This document shows positions 9,989 to 21,658 of a stretch of 64,000 nucleotides of DNA, piece after piece. A program made the translations under genes and the position numbers. Source of the DNA: Leptospira biflexa (lineage in GTDB: Bacteria > Spirochaetota > DYNZ01). Location: contig DYNZ01000001.1 of the NCBI GenBank assembly GCA_020720805.1, positions 46,374 through 110,373 of the forward strand. The letters run 5' to 3'. Each line of letters opens with the position of its first letter. Position 1 is the stretch's first letter. The notes under the pieces are model-generated. The model did no database searches, had not been told where the DNA came from, and saw only the letters and a list, made by a program, of their open reading frames with translations.

Positions 9989-10813
9989 ATGAAAGATAGT
10001 GATGATTTTTCCTACTTTCGCGGGGATAAAGATAAAAACACAAAAAAGGTCTATTCACTTCATTTTGATGCTAGTCGAATTGCATTATTATCCATTATAA
10101 TAATGTCCATCATTGTAGGAACGTTTTTATTTGGATTTTTTATTGCAGATGGTAAGGAGAAGGTATACAATTCTGATCTCCTCGCTACAGGTTTGGATAA
10201 CAAGCTTGAGATCAGAGAAAAAAAAGATGGGCTTTTTCCGGGAACGGGGGATAAAAATGATGTTAATCTTATTCCTCCATCGAATGATCCCCATGTAATG
10301 AAGGCCGATCCGAAAGAAATAAACAAAATTGATCAGGATCGTCACAGTACTTTAACTCCTTTAGATCGAAAGGATGTATTCTCAGACCAAAGATCAAATC
10401 ATAATTCGGTGGTGCAAAGTAAAAGGGAAGGAAATTCTCAAAATGAATTGAATCGAGAAACTATCCCAAAAAAAGATGAAAAAAATACCATAGTTCCTGC
10501 ATCATTGAGAGAAGACCATAAAAAGTCAAAGATTCAAAATAAAAGAAAAAAAAGCGATGATTTAAAATTTCAAACGATTCATGGTTACCAGATACAAATT
10601 GCTTCTTTTGAAAAATTGTCATCCGCAAAAAAAGTAAAAGCTGAGATTAAGCGGTCAGGATATCAGAGTAGAATTGTGTTAAAACGAGTTGATGGAAAGA
10701 CGAATTATCGAGTCACTCTGGGTGTCGGAAAAAATTTACCAGAATTGGAAAAATTATTAGAAGAAGTTAGAAGAAAGACGGGTTATAGTCAGGCTTTTAT
10801 ATTGAAAATGTAA
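9989..10813 (+). CDS. SPOR domain cell-division protein (FtsN/DedD-like)
   Basis: TM helix, charged linker, C-terminal YQIQIASF...YRVTLG...AFI. Start likely MKDSD. Confidence 0.8.
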   Translation: MKDSDDFSYFRGDKDKNTKKVYSLHFDASRIALLSIIIMSIIVGTFLFGFFIADGKEKVYNSDLLATGLDNKLEIREKKDGLFPGTGDKNDVNLIPPSNDPHVMKADPKEINKIDQDRHSTLTPLDRKDVFSDQRSNHNSVVQSKREGNSQNELNRETIPKKDEKNTIVPASLREDHKKSKIQNKRKKSDDLKFQTIHGYQIQIASFEKLSSAKKVKAEIKRSGYQSRIVLKRVDGKTNYRVTLGVGKNLPELEKLLEEVRRKTGYSQAFILKM

Positions 10814-10845
10814 AGTAAAATATGTGTCATATACACACTCTAAGC

Positions 10846-11958
10846 TCATGGATGTGACTGTGCGTGTGACACAATTTTTTCATATAAAAATCGATTATCT
10901 TTTTGGAACATTTCACATTTTTGACATCTGCTAATTTTTTTTTCTATATGCCTTTTTCTCGCTAATGTATAATCAGCGCTTTGAAATAGTTTTATAAAAC
11001 GTTCTTCTCTAATATTTCCCAAAAAGATATTGTCTGGTCGATGGCAACATAGTGATACTTTGCCGTTATCATGGACATAGGAATGGGTCCATGGTGCAAA
11101 ACATACAAAATCTTTGTAAAAATTTCCTGAAAAATCAGCCGTTCTTAAACTGTATTGAATCTCCTTTGGATCTACTCCATACGGTTGCAGAGATCGTTTC
11201 ACGGGTATTTTTTCAATTGCTAATCTTTCTTCAAATTTTATCACATCTTGCCAATGGGGAAGATGTGGATCATTTTTTTCTGAAGTTTTCAGTGGCAACA
11301 ACAAGAGAGATATACGGGGATAGGTTTTTATAAAATCTGAAAAGTAATCTATATTTTGATAAAATAACTTTGTTGCAACGATATTGATACCCAGGGAAAT
11401 AAATTGTGCTTCTTTATCCAATAATGCAATTGCTGCAAATGTTTTGGAAAACGCATTGGCTTTCCCGCGCATCTGGTTGTGGATTTGTTCTGAAAAGGAG
11501 TCTAGGGAGAGTTGCATCGATGTTATAGGATAAGCTTTTAATTTGCTTAAAACTTTTTCGTTAATTAGCGTGCCATTGCTGGTTATCGAGATACTGAGTT
11601 TGCTATCAGCAGCACTCGTTAGGATCTCTTCCCAGTCAGGCCTTATAAAAAACTCCCCGCCAGAAAAATGAACTTTTTTGCCTCCAAGTTCTTTGATATC
11701 ATGAAAAAGATCTCGCAAATGATGGATCTTTAGCTCATCTTGATAAACCTGCCTACCTCTTTGGCAATAAGCGCAGGATAAATTACAGTTTCTAGTAACT
11801 TTGATTTTGACGGATCCAAGTAGGTTATGAGAATCAAACATTTTGTCAGTTTTTTTCTCATCTAATTGAGCCAAATTTTGTTGAAAAATATGGGATATTT
11901 GAGAAAGCAATTGTAGTTCTCTGCCTGAATAGTTACGTCCATATGCTTTTGTTTTCAT
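10846..11958 (-). CDS. Radical SAM/SPASM domain protein
   Basis: CNLSCAYC, SGGE, TSNGTL, CFAPW..GKVSLCC..LGNI..CQKC. Confidence 0.9.
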   Translation of the reverse strand: MKTKAYGRNYSGRELQLLSQISHIFQQNLAQLDEKKTDKMFDSHNLLGSVKIKVTRNCNLSCAYCQRGRQVYQDELKIHHLRDLFHDIKELGGKKVHFSGGEFFIRPDWEEILTSAADSKLSISITSNGTLINEKVLSKLKAYPITSMQLSLDSFSEQIHNQMRGKANAFSKTFAAIALLDKEAQFISLGINIVATKLFYQNIDYFSDFIKTYPRISLLLLPLKTSEKNDPHLPHWQDVIKFEERLAIEKIPVKRSLQPYGVDPKEIQYSLRTADFSGNFYKDFVCFAPWTHSYVHDNGKVSLCCHRPDNIFLGNIREERFIKLFQSADYTLARKRHIEKKISRCQKCEMFQKDNRFLYEKIVSHAQSHP

Positions 11959-11984
11959 AATTACCCATGAAATGGAGAAGCGAT

Positions 11985-13229
11985 ATGTTTTTCAAGAAAA
12001 AGAGATTCTTTTATCTCCCTATTGGATTATTGTTTTTATGGGTTTCTCTCTTTTTTTGCCTAAATCCCTTAAAGGCAATGGAACAGCCTCCCATCACTTT
12101 TCAATTTCAATTTGCCAAGGATGATTTGTATATTGTAGAAAAATACCAAGATGTGCATATCCGAAGTGTACTGGGAGAGGAATTTCGGCAGGAAAAAAAT
12201 AGGATTGTGTTAAAAATTATTGAAAAGAAGGCAGATTTTGTCCTTATGTCTGGTAATTTTTATACTTACCAGAGATTTCCGGGAAAAAGTGAGCAGTTTA
12301 TCTTTCAAAGTGAATATCAGAGCGAATTTCGTTTCTATTATAATGGTCGCTACGAGATTTCCAAGAATAGATTAATGCCCAATGTGCGAAGCATACCTAC
12401 CATTCCCCTGGGCAATCTCCCTTCTGTCTGGCAATCACCTGCAGAACAGATCCTCCATGTTGGCAGATTTCTTTTTCCTCTTCATCATTCGGTGGTTTAT
12501 CGATACAAAGGTATGGCAAAACTTCCTGATGAGGCTTACTTGCTGCTTCCTCAGGAGGGCAAAGGGCAATTGCTTCCCCAAATTGACTTCAGCTATCAGA
12601 TTGATAAGGCAATGGAGAATCCTGTATCGCCGGTTAGGAGAATACAGGCAAGTTCAGAAAGCTCTCTTTGGCTCAATCAAAAAGCGGGTATCCCTTCATA
12701 TGACGTAACCACTAGCAGATATTTCCTGTTTTTGCGAGAGCGTGGACAAATTGAATACAATTATAAAATTTATTCCTGGTATTTTAAGGTTCCAAGTTTA
12801 AAACGAAATTTAGATACTATCATAGATAATGCCAGAAAAAAAATCCCAGTTAGTCCGGATATAAATGTAAAAAAGCATAAAAACGGTGTACAAATCTCGC
12901 TAGGAGCTGTAATGTTTCCACATGATTCCGCTATTCTTAAGGAAGAAGCCAAAAAGGCACTAGAGAAGATAGCTGAATATTTTAAAGGTTATCCAGACAG
13001 GGAAATCCGGATTTTCGGTCATACTGATAATGTAGGAGGTTCTGCTTATAACCAGGCTTTATCCGAAAAACGTGCTCTATCCGTAATGGAAGCTTTCATG
13101 AAAAATGGGATCCCCAAGAGACGATTATCGTATAAAGGTTTTGGTGCCAGTCAACCTAAGGTTTCGAATCAGACTCTAGAAGGAAGAAAACAAAACCGTA
13201 GAGTTGAGATTTTAATGATAACAGAATAA
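11985..13229 (+). CDS. OmpA-like peptidoglycan-binding protein
   Basis: Signal peptide; C-terminal GHTDNVG, NQALSEKRA, GFGASQP, NRRVEI. Confidence 0.9.
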   Translation: MFFKKKRFFYLPIGLLFLWVSLFFCLNPLKAMEQPPITFQFQFAKDDLYIVEKYQDVHIRSVLGEEFRQEKNRIVLKIIEKKADFVLMSGNFYTYQRFPGKSEQFIFQSEYQSEFRFYYNGRYEISKNRLMPNVRSIPTIPLGNLPSVWQSPAEQILHVGRFLFPLHHSVVYRYKGMAKLPDEAYLLLPQEGKGQLLPQIDFSYQIDKAMENPVSPVRRIQASSESSLWLNQKAGIPSYDVTTSRYFLFLRERGQIEYNYKIYSWYFKVPSLKRNLDTIIDNARKKIPVSPDINVKKHKNGVQISLGAVMFPHDSAILKEEAKKALEKIAEYFKGYPDREIRIFGHTDNVGGSAYNQALSEKRALSVMEAFMKNGIPKRRLSYKGFGASQPKVSNQTLEGRKQNRRVEILMITE

Positions 13230-13237
13230 TCAATGAC

Positions 13238-14575
13238 ATGAAGGATAATGCTATGAAGAAGCTAACAACATTTTTTCTTGTATCACTTCTTTTTTCAACA
13301 TCGGCCTGGTCGCAAACTTCTGTGCAGGAGATCTTCAGCGACTCGATAAAAACTGTTATGAAGAATGACTTCAAGCAACAGGAGCTTGTAAAAATCTCTT
13401 TTGAAGTGAATCGCCGCCTTTTGGCCTTTACGGGGTACAAACCAAAACTAGCACAATTAGAGAAGGATCGCCCAAAGATTAGAACTTTGATAGCAAATAT
13501 TGGGCCATGGGCTATCATGGAAAATCTGAAACCAGAGGAGGTTGCAAGAATTATTATCTATATGTATCATGCTGACCAGGCTGGAGCCAGTTTTCTTGAT
13601 TCAGAAGATCTCGTCCCTTTGGTTGCCAAGCTTGATATTCCCATTAAAGATTTTGTTGTCATGGTTCAATATAACCGCGAAACCAAGCAGGCAAATATCG
13701 CTGAAGAGGTTAGGCAGCTATTTTTAAATGAAGCGATTCGCAGAAGATGGGATGGCGCATCCATTTTAGCTGGAGGTCGCGGATTGATGCTTGCTAAAAA
13801 TATGGGATTGGATGTAAATAAATCAGCCGATCTTTTTTTAAAGATCATTCCACCAAACGGTAAATCGTATTCCCCAGATACCTTGATGAATATTATAAAA
13901 AAGGCTATCAATTATACGACAGATCAGGAACAGGTCAGTGGTGGTGCTGAAATTATTGCCAATTATAGTGATGTACACCAGATCATTCGATCTCCTCAGG
14001 CAACCACACAAAATTTACAGCAGGTAATCGAAAAAACGAAAGAAATTGATAGCCAGACGAAAGCGATCGCTACAGCCAAGGATGAGAAAAAAACTGTAGG
14101 TGCTATTCAAAATCAGCAGGGAATTATTAAGGATTATGACAAGGTCATAACAACCCCCAAGGATTGGCGTGTTGTTAGCCGAAACGCATTAAAAGACGCG
14201 ATCAAACCCTGGTTAGGTACACGCTATAAATGGGGCGGGAAAACTGGTCCACCGCATGGCCCTGGAGTGGATTGTTCCGGCTTTACTCGCCTGATTTTAA
14301 TGGATAAAAGAATAGGCGTTCCCAGGGTACCTCATGGTGGAGAGCAAAAAACTTTAGGTAGTAGTGTTTCCCTGAGCTTATTGGATGCGGGTGACCTGGT
14401 CTTTTTTTCGGCATCTCCAGCAAAGGGAAAAATTACCCATGTAGCTTTGATTACTTCTCCAACGGACTTTGCGCATTCATGTAATTCTGGCGTTATTTAT
14501 ACGAAGCTCAATAATAGATACTGGGCTCAAAGAATGGTTATAGCGCGAAGGGTGTTTACAAAGCGAGTCAATTAG
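13238..14575 (+). CDS. Secreted NlpC/P60 (C40) peptidase with large N-terminal helical domain
   Basis: LGTRYKWGG, GVDCSGF, GDLVFF, HVAL, FAHS. Confidence 0.88.
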   Translation: MKDNAMKKLTTFFLVSLLFSTSAWSQTSVQEIFSDSIKTVMKNDFKQQELVKISFEVNRRLLAFTGYKPKLAQLEKDRPKIRTLIANIGPWAIMENLKPEEVARIIIYMYHADQAGASFLDSEDLVPLVAKLDIPIKDFVVMVQYNRETKQANIAEEVRQLFLNEAIRRRWDGASILAGGRGLMLAKNMGLDVNKSADLFLKIIPPNGKSYSPDTLMNIIKKAINYTTDQEQVSGGAEIIANYSDVHQIIRSPQATTQNLQQVIEKTKEIDSQTKAIATAKDEKKTVGAIQNQQGIIKDYDKVITTPKDWRVVSRNALKDAIKPWLGTRYKWGGKTGPPHGPGVDCSGFTRLILMDKRIGVPRVPHGGEQKTLGSSVSLSLLDAGDLVFFSASPAKGKITHVALITSPTDFAHSCNSGVIYTKLNNRYWAQRMVIARRVFTKRVN

Positions 14576-14581
14576 GAAGGC

Positions 14582-14619
14582 CAGGCTATCATAGAGCAAA
14601 TTATGGCTATGATAGCCTG
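14582..14619. terminator. 13-bp perfect inverted repeat at a convergent gene junction
   Basis: CAGGCTATCATAG-N12-CTATGATAGCCTG. Confidence 0.6.
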
Positions 14620-14623
14620 CCAA

Positions 14624-14989
14624 TTATATTAAAAAGATAAAAATAAGGGTCATCCAACCAGATATCATAAAAAGTCCGCCAATGGGGGTTAATATACCGG
14701 CTCTCCCCATAGAATAGAAAGATTTGATAATTACGGTTTCTGAGAATAATAATACACCAATCAAAAAAAGCCAGGATGCCAATGCAATATTTGTATTTGG
14801 AAGATACTGATCTAATAGGCCAAGAATCAATAGCAATAATGCATGTATCCATAGAAAATGGATCGCTATGTAAAATTTTTCCTGAGAATTGCGTTTCCGC
14901 AACGCGTCGTCAAAGGTATGATAGCCTAATTGGTGCATTAGCAAAGCGCTCATTCCTAATAGAGAACCAATTAAAAAAAATATTTTCAT
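14624..14989 (-). CDS. DUF423 family membrane protein
   Basis: Four TM segments, H..ALL, G..LFS, TPIGG..MISGW. Confidence 0.8.
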   Translation of the reverse strand: MKIFFLIGSLLGMSALLMHQLGYHTFDDALRKRNSQEKFYIAIHFLWIHALLLLILGLLDQYLPNTNIALASWLFLIGVLLFSETVIIKSFYSMGRAGILTPIGGLFMISGWMTLIFIFLI

Positions 14990-15044
14990 ACGAATATCCT
15001 ATTTAAATAATATCAAAAATTATCGTGAATTAGAATGAAAGGAA

Positions 15045-16538
15045 TTGGGAATGGATCAGGAAGATTCTAAAACAACTCTTTTCCATCTGCAGAAAGCCTT
15101 TGAGCAGTTACAACAGGAAAAAGAGCTTTGTATAAGTTATCTTGGAAGATTGTCTCTTTTTATTTCCCGCCAGGATAGTAAGAATGATGGATTATTAAGC
15201 AGACTAAGAGAGATTTTAAAAAAAAGGGGGAATCTTGCAGAGATTGATCCCATATTAGATCAACTACTCAGATTTAAGGAAAAGCAAATCCAATCTAAGG
15301 ATTCAAATTTTCTTCCTGCGGATATTGTAATCCGTTGCATTCAGGATATGCAGATCGATAAGGGTCGAAAGCTATCTTTGATTCAGGAGGTGCAGAGTCG
15401 GGCTGGCTCCGAATTAGGTGAGATTCTGGAGGTAGTAAAAAATGAAATATCTTTATTAATGAAAGATTGCAATGAGACTTTGCCGCTTTCTGGACAATTG
15501 GAAGCAAATTCTGCCATTATCAGTATGCTGCAAAAATTAATGGTCTATCCAAGATTGCAAAGCTCCCTCTCTTCGATTTTAGATAGATTTTTTTTATTAG
15601 AGGGAGAAAAAAATGGTTTTCTCCTTGCTCAAGAGGCCGCTGAAGCAATTCTGCTTCATCTCATGCAGATAAATCGGGAAAAAGCAGAAATATCCATATT
15701 TTTATCAAAAATTTCAGAGAAGCTGGATACCTTTGATAACTTCATTCAAGATGCCAAAACAGACATTCAGCAAAGCCATCAGCTTAGCACTGAATTTCAT
15801 CAAACAATACGCAATCAGATGCAAAGTATTCGTAAGGAGATTTCAGAGCAATCAGATATCTCTGATTTAAAGGTAAAAATTGAGCATAGCTTAGCTGTTC
15901 TTGCTGAAAAAATGATAGAGCTTAAAAATCGGGACGAAAAAATTAATAGTCGTTCTGATGAGCGTTTTGGGCAGCTCTCTCTTAAAATGAAAGAATTGGA
16001 ACAAGAGACACAAGTTTGGAAAGATAAATACCAGCAGCAATTATCCTTGTTGATGCGTGATTCCCTTACCAAGGCTTATAGTCGTTATGCCTATGACCAG
16101 TTTGTTAAAAAAGGATTGGAGAAATGGAAAAGCCAGAAAATGTCAGTAATTTTTTCGATATGGGATATTGATTTTTTTAAAAAAATCAATGATACCTATG
16201 GTCACAAGGCTGGGGATCTGATTTTGCAAAAAGTTTCTGGGTTTATCAGCCAAATGCTTCCCGAAACAGCTTTCTTTGCCAGAGTGGGTGGTGAAGAATT
16301 TGTTATTATTTTTGAAAATTTTGAACCTGATAAGGCATCTGTTCTGGCTGATCAGTTACGTTCGAAAATTGAAAGGGAAACAATTCCATTTCAACAAAAG
16401 CAGATTAAAGTAACCATGTCTGCGGGTTTAACCAATTTCAGGTCGGATGATAGCTTTGGCTCCCTGTATGAAAGAGCAGATTTAGCTTTATACAAAGCCA
16501 AGGAAAAGGGTAGAAATATTTGTATAAGTGATATATAA
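15045..16538 (+). CDS. Diguanylate cyclase with coiled-coil N-terminus
   Basis: DIDFFKKINDTYGHKAGD, RVGGEEF, ADLALYKAKEKGRN. Confidence 0.92.
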   Translation: MGMDQEDSKTTLFHLQKAFEQLQQEKELCISYLGRLSLFISRQDSKNDGLLSRLREILKKRGNLAEIDPILDQLLRFKEKQIQSKDSNFLPADIVIRCIQDMQIDKGRKLSLIQEVQSRAGSELGEILEVVKNEISLLMKDCNETLPLSGQLEANSAIISMLQKLMVYPRLQSSLSSILDRFFLLEGEKNGFLLAQEAAEAILLHLMQINREKAEISIFLSKISEKLDTFDNFIQDAKTDIQQSHQLSTEFHQTIRNQMQSIRKEISEQSDISDLKVKIEHSLAVLAEKMIELKNRDEKINSRSDERFGQLSLKMKELEQETQVWKDKYQQQLSLLMRDSLTKAYSRYAYDQFVKKGLEKWKSQKMSVIFSIWDIDFFKKINDTYGHKAGDLILQKVSGFISQMLPETAFFARVGGEEFVIIFENFEPDKASVLADQLRSKIERETIPFQQKQIKVTMSAGLTNFRSDDSFGSLYERADLALYKAKEKGRNICISDI

Positions 16539-16541
16539 TAC

Positions 16542-17390
16542 TTATTCAATAGATTCACTCTTAAAACGTTCGAGATGAAACTCATCTGGATTGATTTGAT
16601 CATTCAATCGAGTAAGGGAAAAAAAATAACTTTTCAATATCTGTTGATCCTGGTTGTGAATGACCATCTTTAGTAGAACCAAATTTTTTCTTTTTAACCA
16701 GATTTCATGGATTTTATCGGGCTTTATTTCCATGAGAGAGCTGTTTGATACATTGCTAATTAATGTAAGTATTAAAATTTCTTCGCCCTGCATTTTGAAC
16801 TGTTTTATAGGTTTAAACTGAACCATCTGTTGTTCCGTATGGTGATTCAGGGTTTTGAAAATATTATAAAACCAGAATCCAGGTTGCAAATTTTGGAAAA
16901 CACGCATCTGCAAACCAGGTAGAAGTGAATCTGAATCTTTGTTCATTTGATAACGATGCAATCGATTCCAAATACCTGTTGGTTCCATGACCCAGATAAG
17001 ACCAGGAGTAGAAGAATTTTTTTGATATAGAACCTTTCTGCCGTAATTGTCCCCTGGTAGCCATTGAAGGAATACATTTTGCTGGTCGGCTATGATTGCG
17101 ATTTGCTCCTCCTTTTGCAGGATACTATCTATCCGTTCATGGGCTGATATTGTGCCGCGCAGGGTAGTAATTTCGGAACTTTTTGATAATGCTAAGGCAA
17201 GAATTTCCTTATAGGATAAACGCAGAAGTTGTTGCTCGTCTTCAGGTTGTATTCTCAGAGGTTCTGGCGAGTTGGCTTTGGTTCGTATCAAATGGGACAT
17301 TGTCCTGACAGTTTGTTTTTTTGTTTCCGCTAAAACGACTGCTGGAATGATGGTTAAGAGAATCAGTAAAAATCCAAACGAAGAGTTCAT
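16542..17390 (-). CDS. Exported LolA-fold/DUF1571-like protein
   Basis: Start likely MNSSFG with a signal peptide; FLQWLPG..GRKVLY..IWVMEP; C-terminal LNDQINPDEF. Confidence 0.45.
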   Translation of the reverse strand: MNSSFGFLLILLTIIPAVVLAETKKQTVRTMSHLIRTKANSPEPLRIQPEDEQQLLRLSYKEILALALSKSSEITTLRGTISAHERIDSILQKEEQIAIIADQQNVFLQWLPGDNYGRKVLYQKNSSTPGLIWVMEPTGIWNRLHRYQMNKDSDSLLPGLQMRVFQNLQPGFWFYNIFKTLNHHTEQQMVQFKPIKQFKMQGEEILILTLISNVSNSSLMEIKPDKIHEIWLKRKNLVLLKMVIHNQDQQILKSYFFSLTRLNDQINPDEFHLERFKSESIE

Positions 17391-17462
17391 ATATTGATTC
17401 ACCTTCCAAGAAAGGGTTCTTTTGTGAGTATTATCATAAACTCGGAAAAAGCCTGGGGCTAT

Positions 17463-18134
17463 TTGCCCCAGATTCGACATATCATGTATGATATGGATGG
17501 GACACTGTTTACCAGTGAGGCAATCCTGCATAAAGCGTATGAGCAAGCAATAAATCAATTCAACCAAAAATATTCCTCTGCCATTCTGGTGCCCACTTTA
17601 GAGAAAATTCTGGAATTCATTGGACAACCGACAAAAGTGATCTTCTCCTCTCTCTTTCCGTCTCTTTCTGAGAGTGAAAGAGGGATTTTGAACTCTTATT
17701 CACTGCAAAATCTATGTCATAGCATCCATTCGGGTCAAGGTTCTTTATACCCCAGAATTCAAGAATTTTTAACAAAGATGCATCTTGCCGGATATAAACA
17801 ATATATAGCCTCCAATGGAAGACGAGCTTATCTCTCATCGATCTGCGAAGGGTTTTTTCTTAAAGATTTTTTTCAGGAATTTGTAACTATTGAGGATGAG
17901 GGCATATTAAGTAAGGCTGGAATCATAAAATACTATTTAAACCAATCAGCCCTTGATCCAAAGATGGCTTTTATGGTTGGGGATCGAGATGCCGATTTGT
18001 TGGCCGCAAGAGAAGCCGGAGTTTGGTTTTTGGGGGTAAATTGGGGTCATGGTCCAAATTCTGAGATAGCCGCAGCAGATATCATTATCAATACACAAGA
18101 TGACCTTTTTTCCGTATTTTCCCCTCAAGAGTAG
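17463..18134 (+). CDS. HAD-family phosphatase (Gph-like)
   Basis: YDMDGTL, IASNG, K, MVGDRDAD. Start uncertain; TTG at 17463 chosen. Confidence 0.85.
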   Translation: MPQIRHIMYDMDGTLFTSEAILHKAYEQAINQFNQKYSSAILVPTLEKILEFIGQPTKVIFSSLFPSLSESERGILNSYSLQNLCHSIHSGQGSLYPRIQEFLTKMHLAGYKQYIASNGRRAYLSSICEGFFLKDFFQEFVTIEDEGILSKAGIIKYYLNQSALDPKMAFMVGDRDADLLAAREAGVWFLGVNWGHGPNSEIAAADIIINTQDDLFSVFSPQE

Positions 18135-18155
18135 ATCCCATTCATAGGATAACTT

Positions 18156-18578
18156 CTAGTGAAGATCTTTGTGCAGTAATATCTCTTCAAATTCATCGGC
18201 TTTGGCGGCAACGTAGGTTAAAGATTTCATAAATCTGTGGGGTTCATAATCTCGCAGAAGGACGCTATTATGAATGATTAATGCATTATCCATTAAGGCC
18301 AATGCCCCATAATGGAGAGTAGCATTGAGTGATAATGCGGTTTTAAATAGTTCGCAGGAGTCTTTTTTCAATCTAGCAATTACAGAATAGTAGTTAATCG
18401 TATTATCCCCCGCTTCGTCATGGTTTAGGGTAATCAGTACGTCCTGGTTGCGACCTCCCTCAAAGGGGATTTTTGCTAGGTAGACATGATCTGATTCCTT
18501 ATGGATATTGATTTTAAAATCTGAAGCGATGGCTGCTATAAAGCCATCAAATCCTTCTAAGGTCTCACTCATAATCAC
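18156..18578 (-). CDS. YbjN/CesT-fold small acidic protein
   Basis: 140 aa; ALSLNATLHYGALAL and VAAKADEFEEIL pattern. Confidence 0.6.
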   Translation of the reverse strand: MIMSETLEGFDGFIAAIASDFKINIHKESDHVYLAKIPFEGGRNQDVLITLNHDEAGDNTINYYSVIARLKKDSCELFKTALSLNATLHYGALALMDNALIIHNSVLLRDYEPHRFMKSLTYVAAKADEFEEILLHKDLH

Positions 18579-18659
18579 CCCTTGAATTTCTACAGGTAGG
18601 TTTTTCTAAGAAATAAGAGTAAGAACGATGAATTTTTTTATGTCAACAGAATTTAACTC

Positions 18660-19580
<921 letters not shown>

Positions 19581-19671
19581 TTATTGGCTTTTATTAAGAC
19601 GTCTTATGTATTTGCCCTCTTATGAATATTGCATAAATTTGCATAGAGAAAAAAAGTATAAGTAATCTATA

Positions 19672-21627
19672 ATGCAACCTATGATTCAAAAAAAATTTGA
19701 TGCTATTGTTGTTGGGGCTGGTCATGCGGGAATAGAAGCTGCCTATATCTGCGCGCGTAGAGGTATTTCAACTGCCTTGATTACATTAAACCTGGATACG
19801 ATAGCTCAAATGAGCTGCAATCCAGCCATAGGGGGGATTGCAAAAGGTCATCTGGTAAAAGAGGTGGATTCCTTGGGTGGGTTAATGGGGCTTCTCATTG
19901 ATGAAAATGGAATCCATTTTAAAATGTTAAATAAAAGTAAAGGACCTGCTGTATGGGCTCCCAGAGCTCAGGCTGATAAAAAAAAATATCAGTTTGCCGC
20001 CAAATTTTTATTAGAGAAAACACCCCATCTTTCTCTACTGCAGGATGAGGTGACAGAGTTAATAACAGAAACCATAGCTCCAGAAAAATACTTAGTGCGA
20101 GGCGTAAAGACTGCAAGGGGTAACGAATATGAATGTAAAGCGGTTATCCTGACAACAGGGACGTTTTTGAAGGGAAAAATCTATATTGGAGAGTATGAAG
20201 AGGATTCTGGTCGAATTGGAGAAAAGCCAGCTGTTGGCCTAAGTGATTCATTACTGAAGATGGGTTTTCCGGTGGGTCGCTTAAAAACTGGTACACCTCC
20301 AAGAGTTCACGGGGATACAATTGATTTTTCAAAGACGGAAGTGCAGGAGCCTGATGAGTCCCCTTTGCCTTTTTCCTATCGGACTGACCCGGATAGTTTT
20401 CATCCAACACAGGTGAATTGTTATATTACCTATACTAACAACATAGGGCATCAGATCATACAGATGAATCTGAACAGATCTGCCATCTACTCTGGAAAAA
20501 TTCAATCAAGAGGTCCACGTTATTGTCCCAGCATTGAGGATAAGATAGTTAGGTTTGCGGATAAAAGTAGACACCAGCTATTTTTAGAGCCAGAAGGGTT
20601 AGGAACTAAGGAATTTTATATCAATGGTCTATCGTCCTCTTTACCAGAGGAGGTGCAGCATCGCATCATACGCACCATTCCAGGATTGGAAGAGGTGCAG
20701 ATTATGAAGCCAGCCTATGCTGTTGAGTACGATTATGTCCATCCGCGCGAGTTGAGGGCTACTCTGGAAACAAAGAGGGTTCAGGGTTTGTATCATGCAG
20801 GGCAGATCAACGGCACGTCAGGATATGAAGAGGCCGCAGCTCAGGGAATTTTGGCTGGCATCAATGCCGGAAATCAAATCCTCGGTCGTCAGCCATATAT
20901 CATTCCCCGAGATCGCGCCTATGCTGGCGTGTTAGTAGATGATTTGATCATCAAAGAGCTTGATGAACCCTATAGAATGTTTACCTCTCGTGCTGAGCAT
21001 CGGCTATTATTGCGTCAAGATAATGCCGATTTTCGCCTTATGCAGGATGCTTATGAGATGGAGTTAATTTCTAAGGATGTCTATGAACAATTTTTGGATA
21101 AGAAAAAGAGGATTCATGGTTTTGTGGAATCACTAGAAGAATACTCTATCCGTAGAGAAGATTTAAAAATTTTATTAGAACAAAAGCCTACAATCCAGTC
21201 GGAAACTCTTCAGGCTGGCATAAAGGCCGCAAAATTGTTGAAGCGTCCAGAGTTAAATATCGATGATATTCTTCATTTGCCTGCCTTTGCGAAGGAATTG
21301 GATGGATTTAGTCCGTTAAAGAAAGAAGAGATCTTGGCAGCGGTAGAGATGGAAATAAAATATGCCGGTTATATTCATAGGGAGAATTTTAATATTAGGA
21401 GAAACTCTCGTTATGAAAATTTCTCTATTCCGGATGATTTTAAGTATGAACAGGTGCTGGGATTAAAAAATGAAGCTGTTTTTAAACTCCAAAAATATAG
21501 ACCAGGCACCATCGGCACTGCGATGCGCATCTCCGGAGTGGATCCTTCGGATATCTCTTTGCTGATTATTTATCTCGAGGGAAAAATGAAGGAGAAGAAA
21601 ATTCAAACCAATGAGACTATCTCGTAA
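19672..21627 (+). CDS. mnmG: tRNA uridine-5-carboxymethylaminomethyl modification enzyme MnmG/GidA
   Basis: [54 protein letters not shown]. Confidence 0.98.
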   Translation: MQPMIQKKFDAIVVGAGHAGIEAAYICARRGISTALITLNLDTIAQMSCNPAIGGIAKGHLVKEVDSLGGLMGLLIDENGIHFKMLNKSKGPAVWAPRAQADKKKYQFAAKFLLEKTPHLSLLQDEVTELITETIAPEKYLVRGVKTARGNEYECKAVILTTGTFLKGKIYIGEYEEDSGRIGEKPAVGLSDSLLKMGFPVGRLKTGTPPRVHGDTIDFSKTEVQEPDESPLPFSYRTDPDSFHPTQVNCYITYTNNIGHQIIQMNLNRSAIYSGKIQSRGPRYCPSIEDKIVRFADKSRHQLFLEPEGLGTKEFYINGLSSSLPEEVQHRIIRTIPGLEEVQIMKPAYAVEYDYVHPRELRATLETKRVQGLYHAGQINGTSGYEEAAAQGILAGINAGNQILGRQPYIIPRDRAYAGVLVDDLIIKELDEPYRMFTSRAEHRLLLRQDNADFRLMQDAYEMELISKDVYEQFLDKKKRIHGFVESLEEYSIRREDLKILLEQKPTIQSETLQAGIKAAKLLKRPELNIDDILHLPAFAKELDGFSPLKKEEILAAVEMEIKYAGYIHRENFNIRRNSRYENFSIPDDFKYEQVLGLKNEAVFKLQKYRPGTIGTAMRISGVDPSDISLLIIYLEGKMKEKKIQTNETIS

Positions 21628-21645
21628 CCATTGGATAGTCTCATT
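21610..21645. terminator. 12-bp inverted repeat over the mnmG stop at a convergent junction
   Basis: AATGAGACTATC-N12-GATAGTCTCATT. Confidence 0.5.
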
Positions 21646-21658
21646 ATTGGATTTTTGC

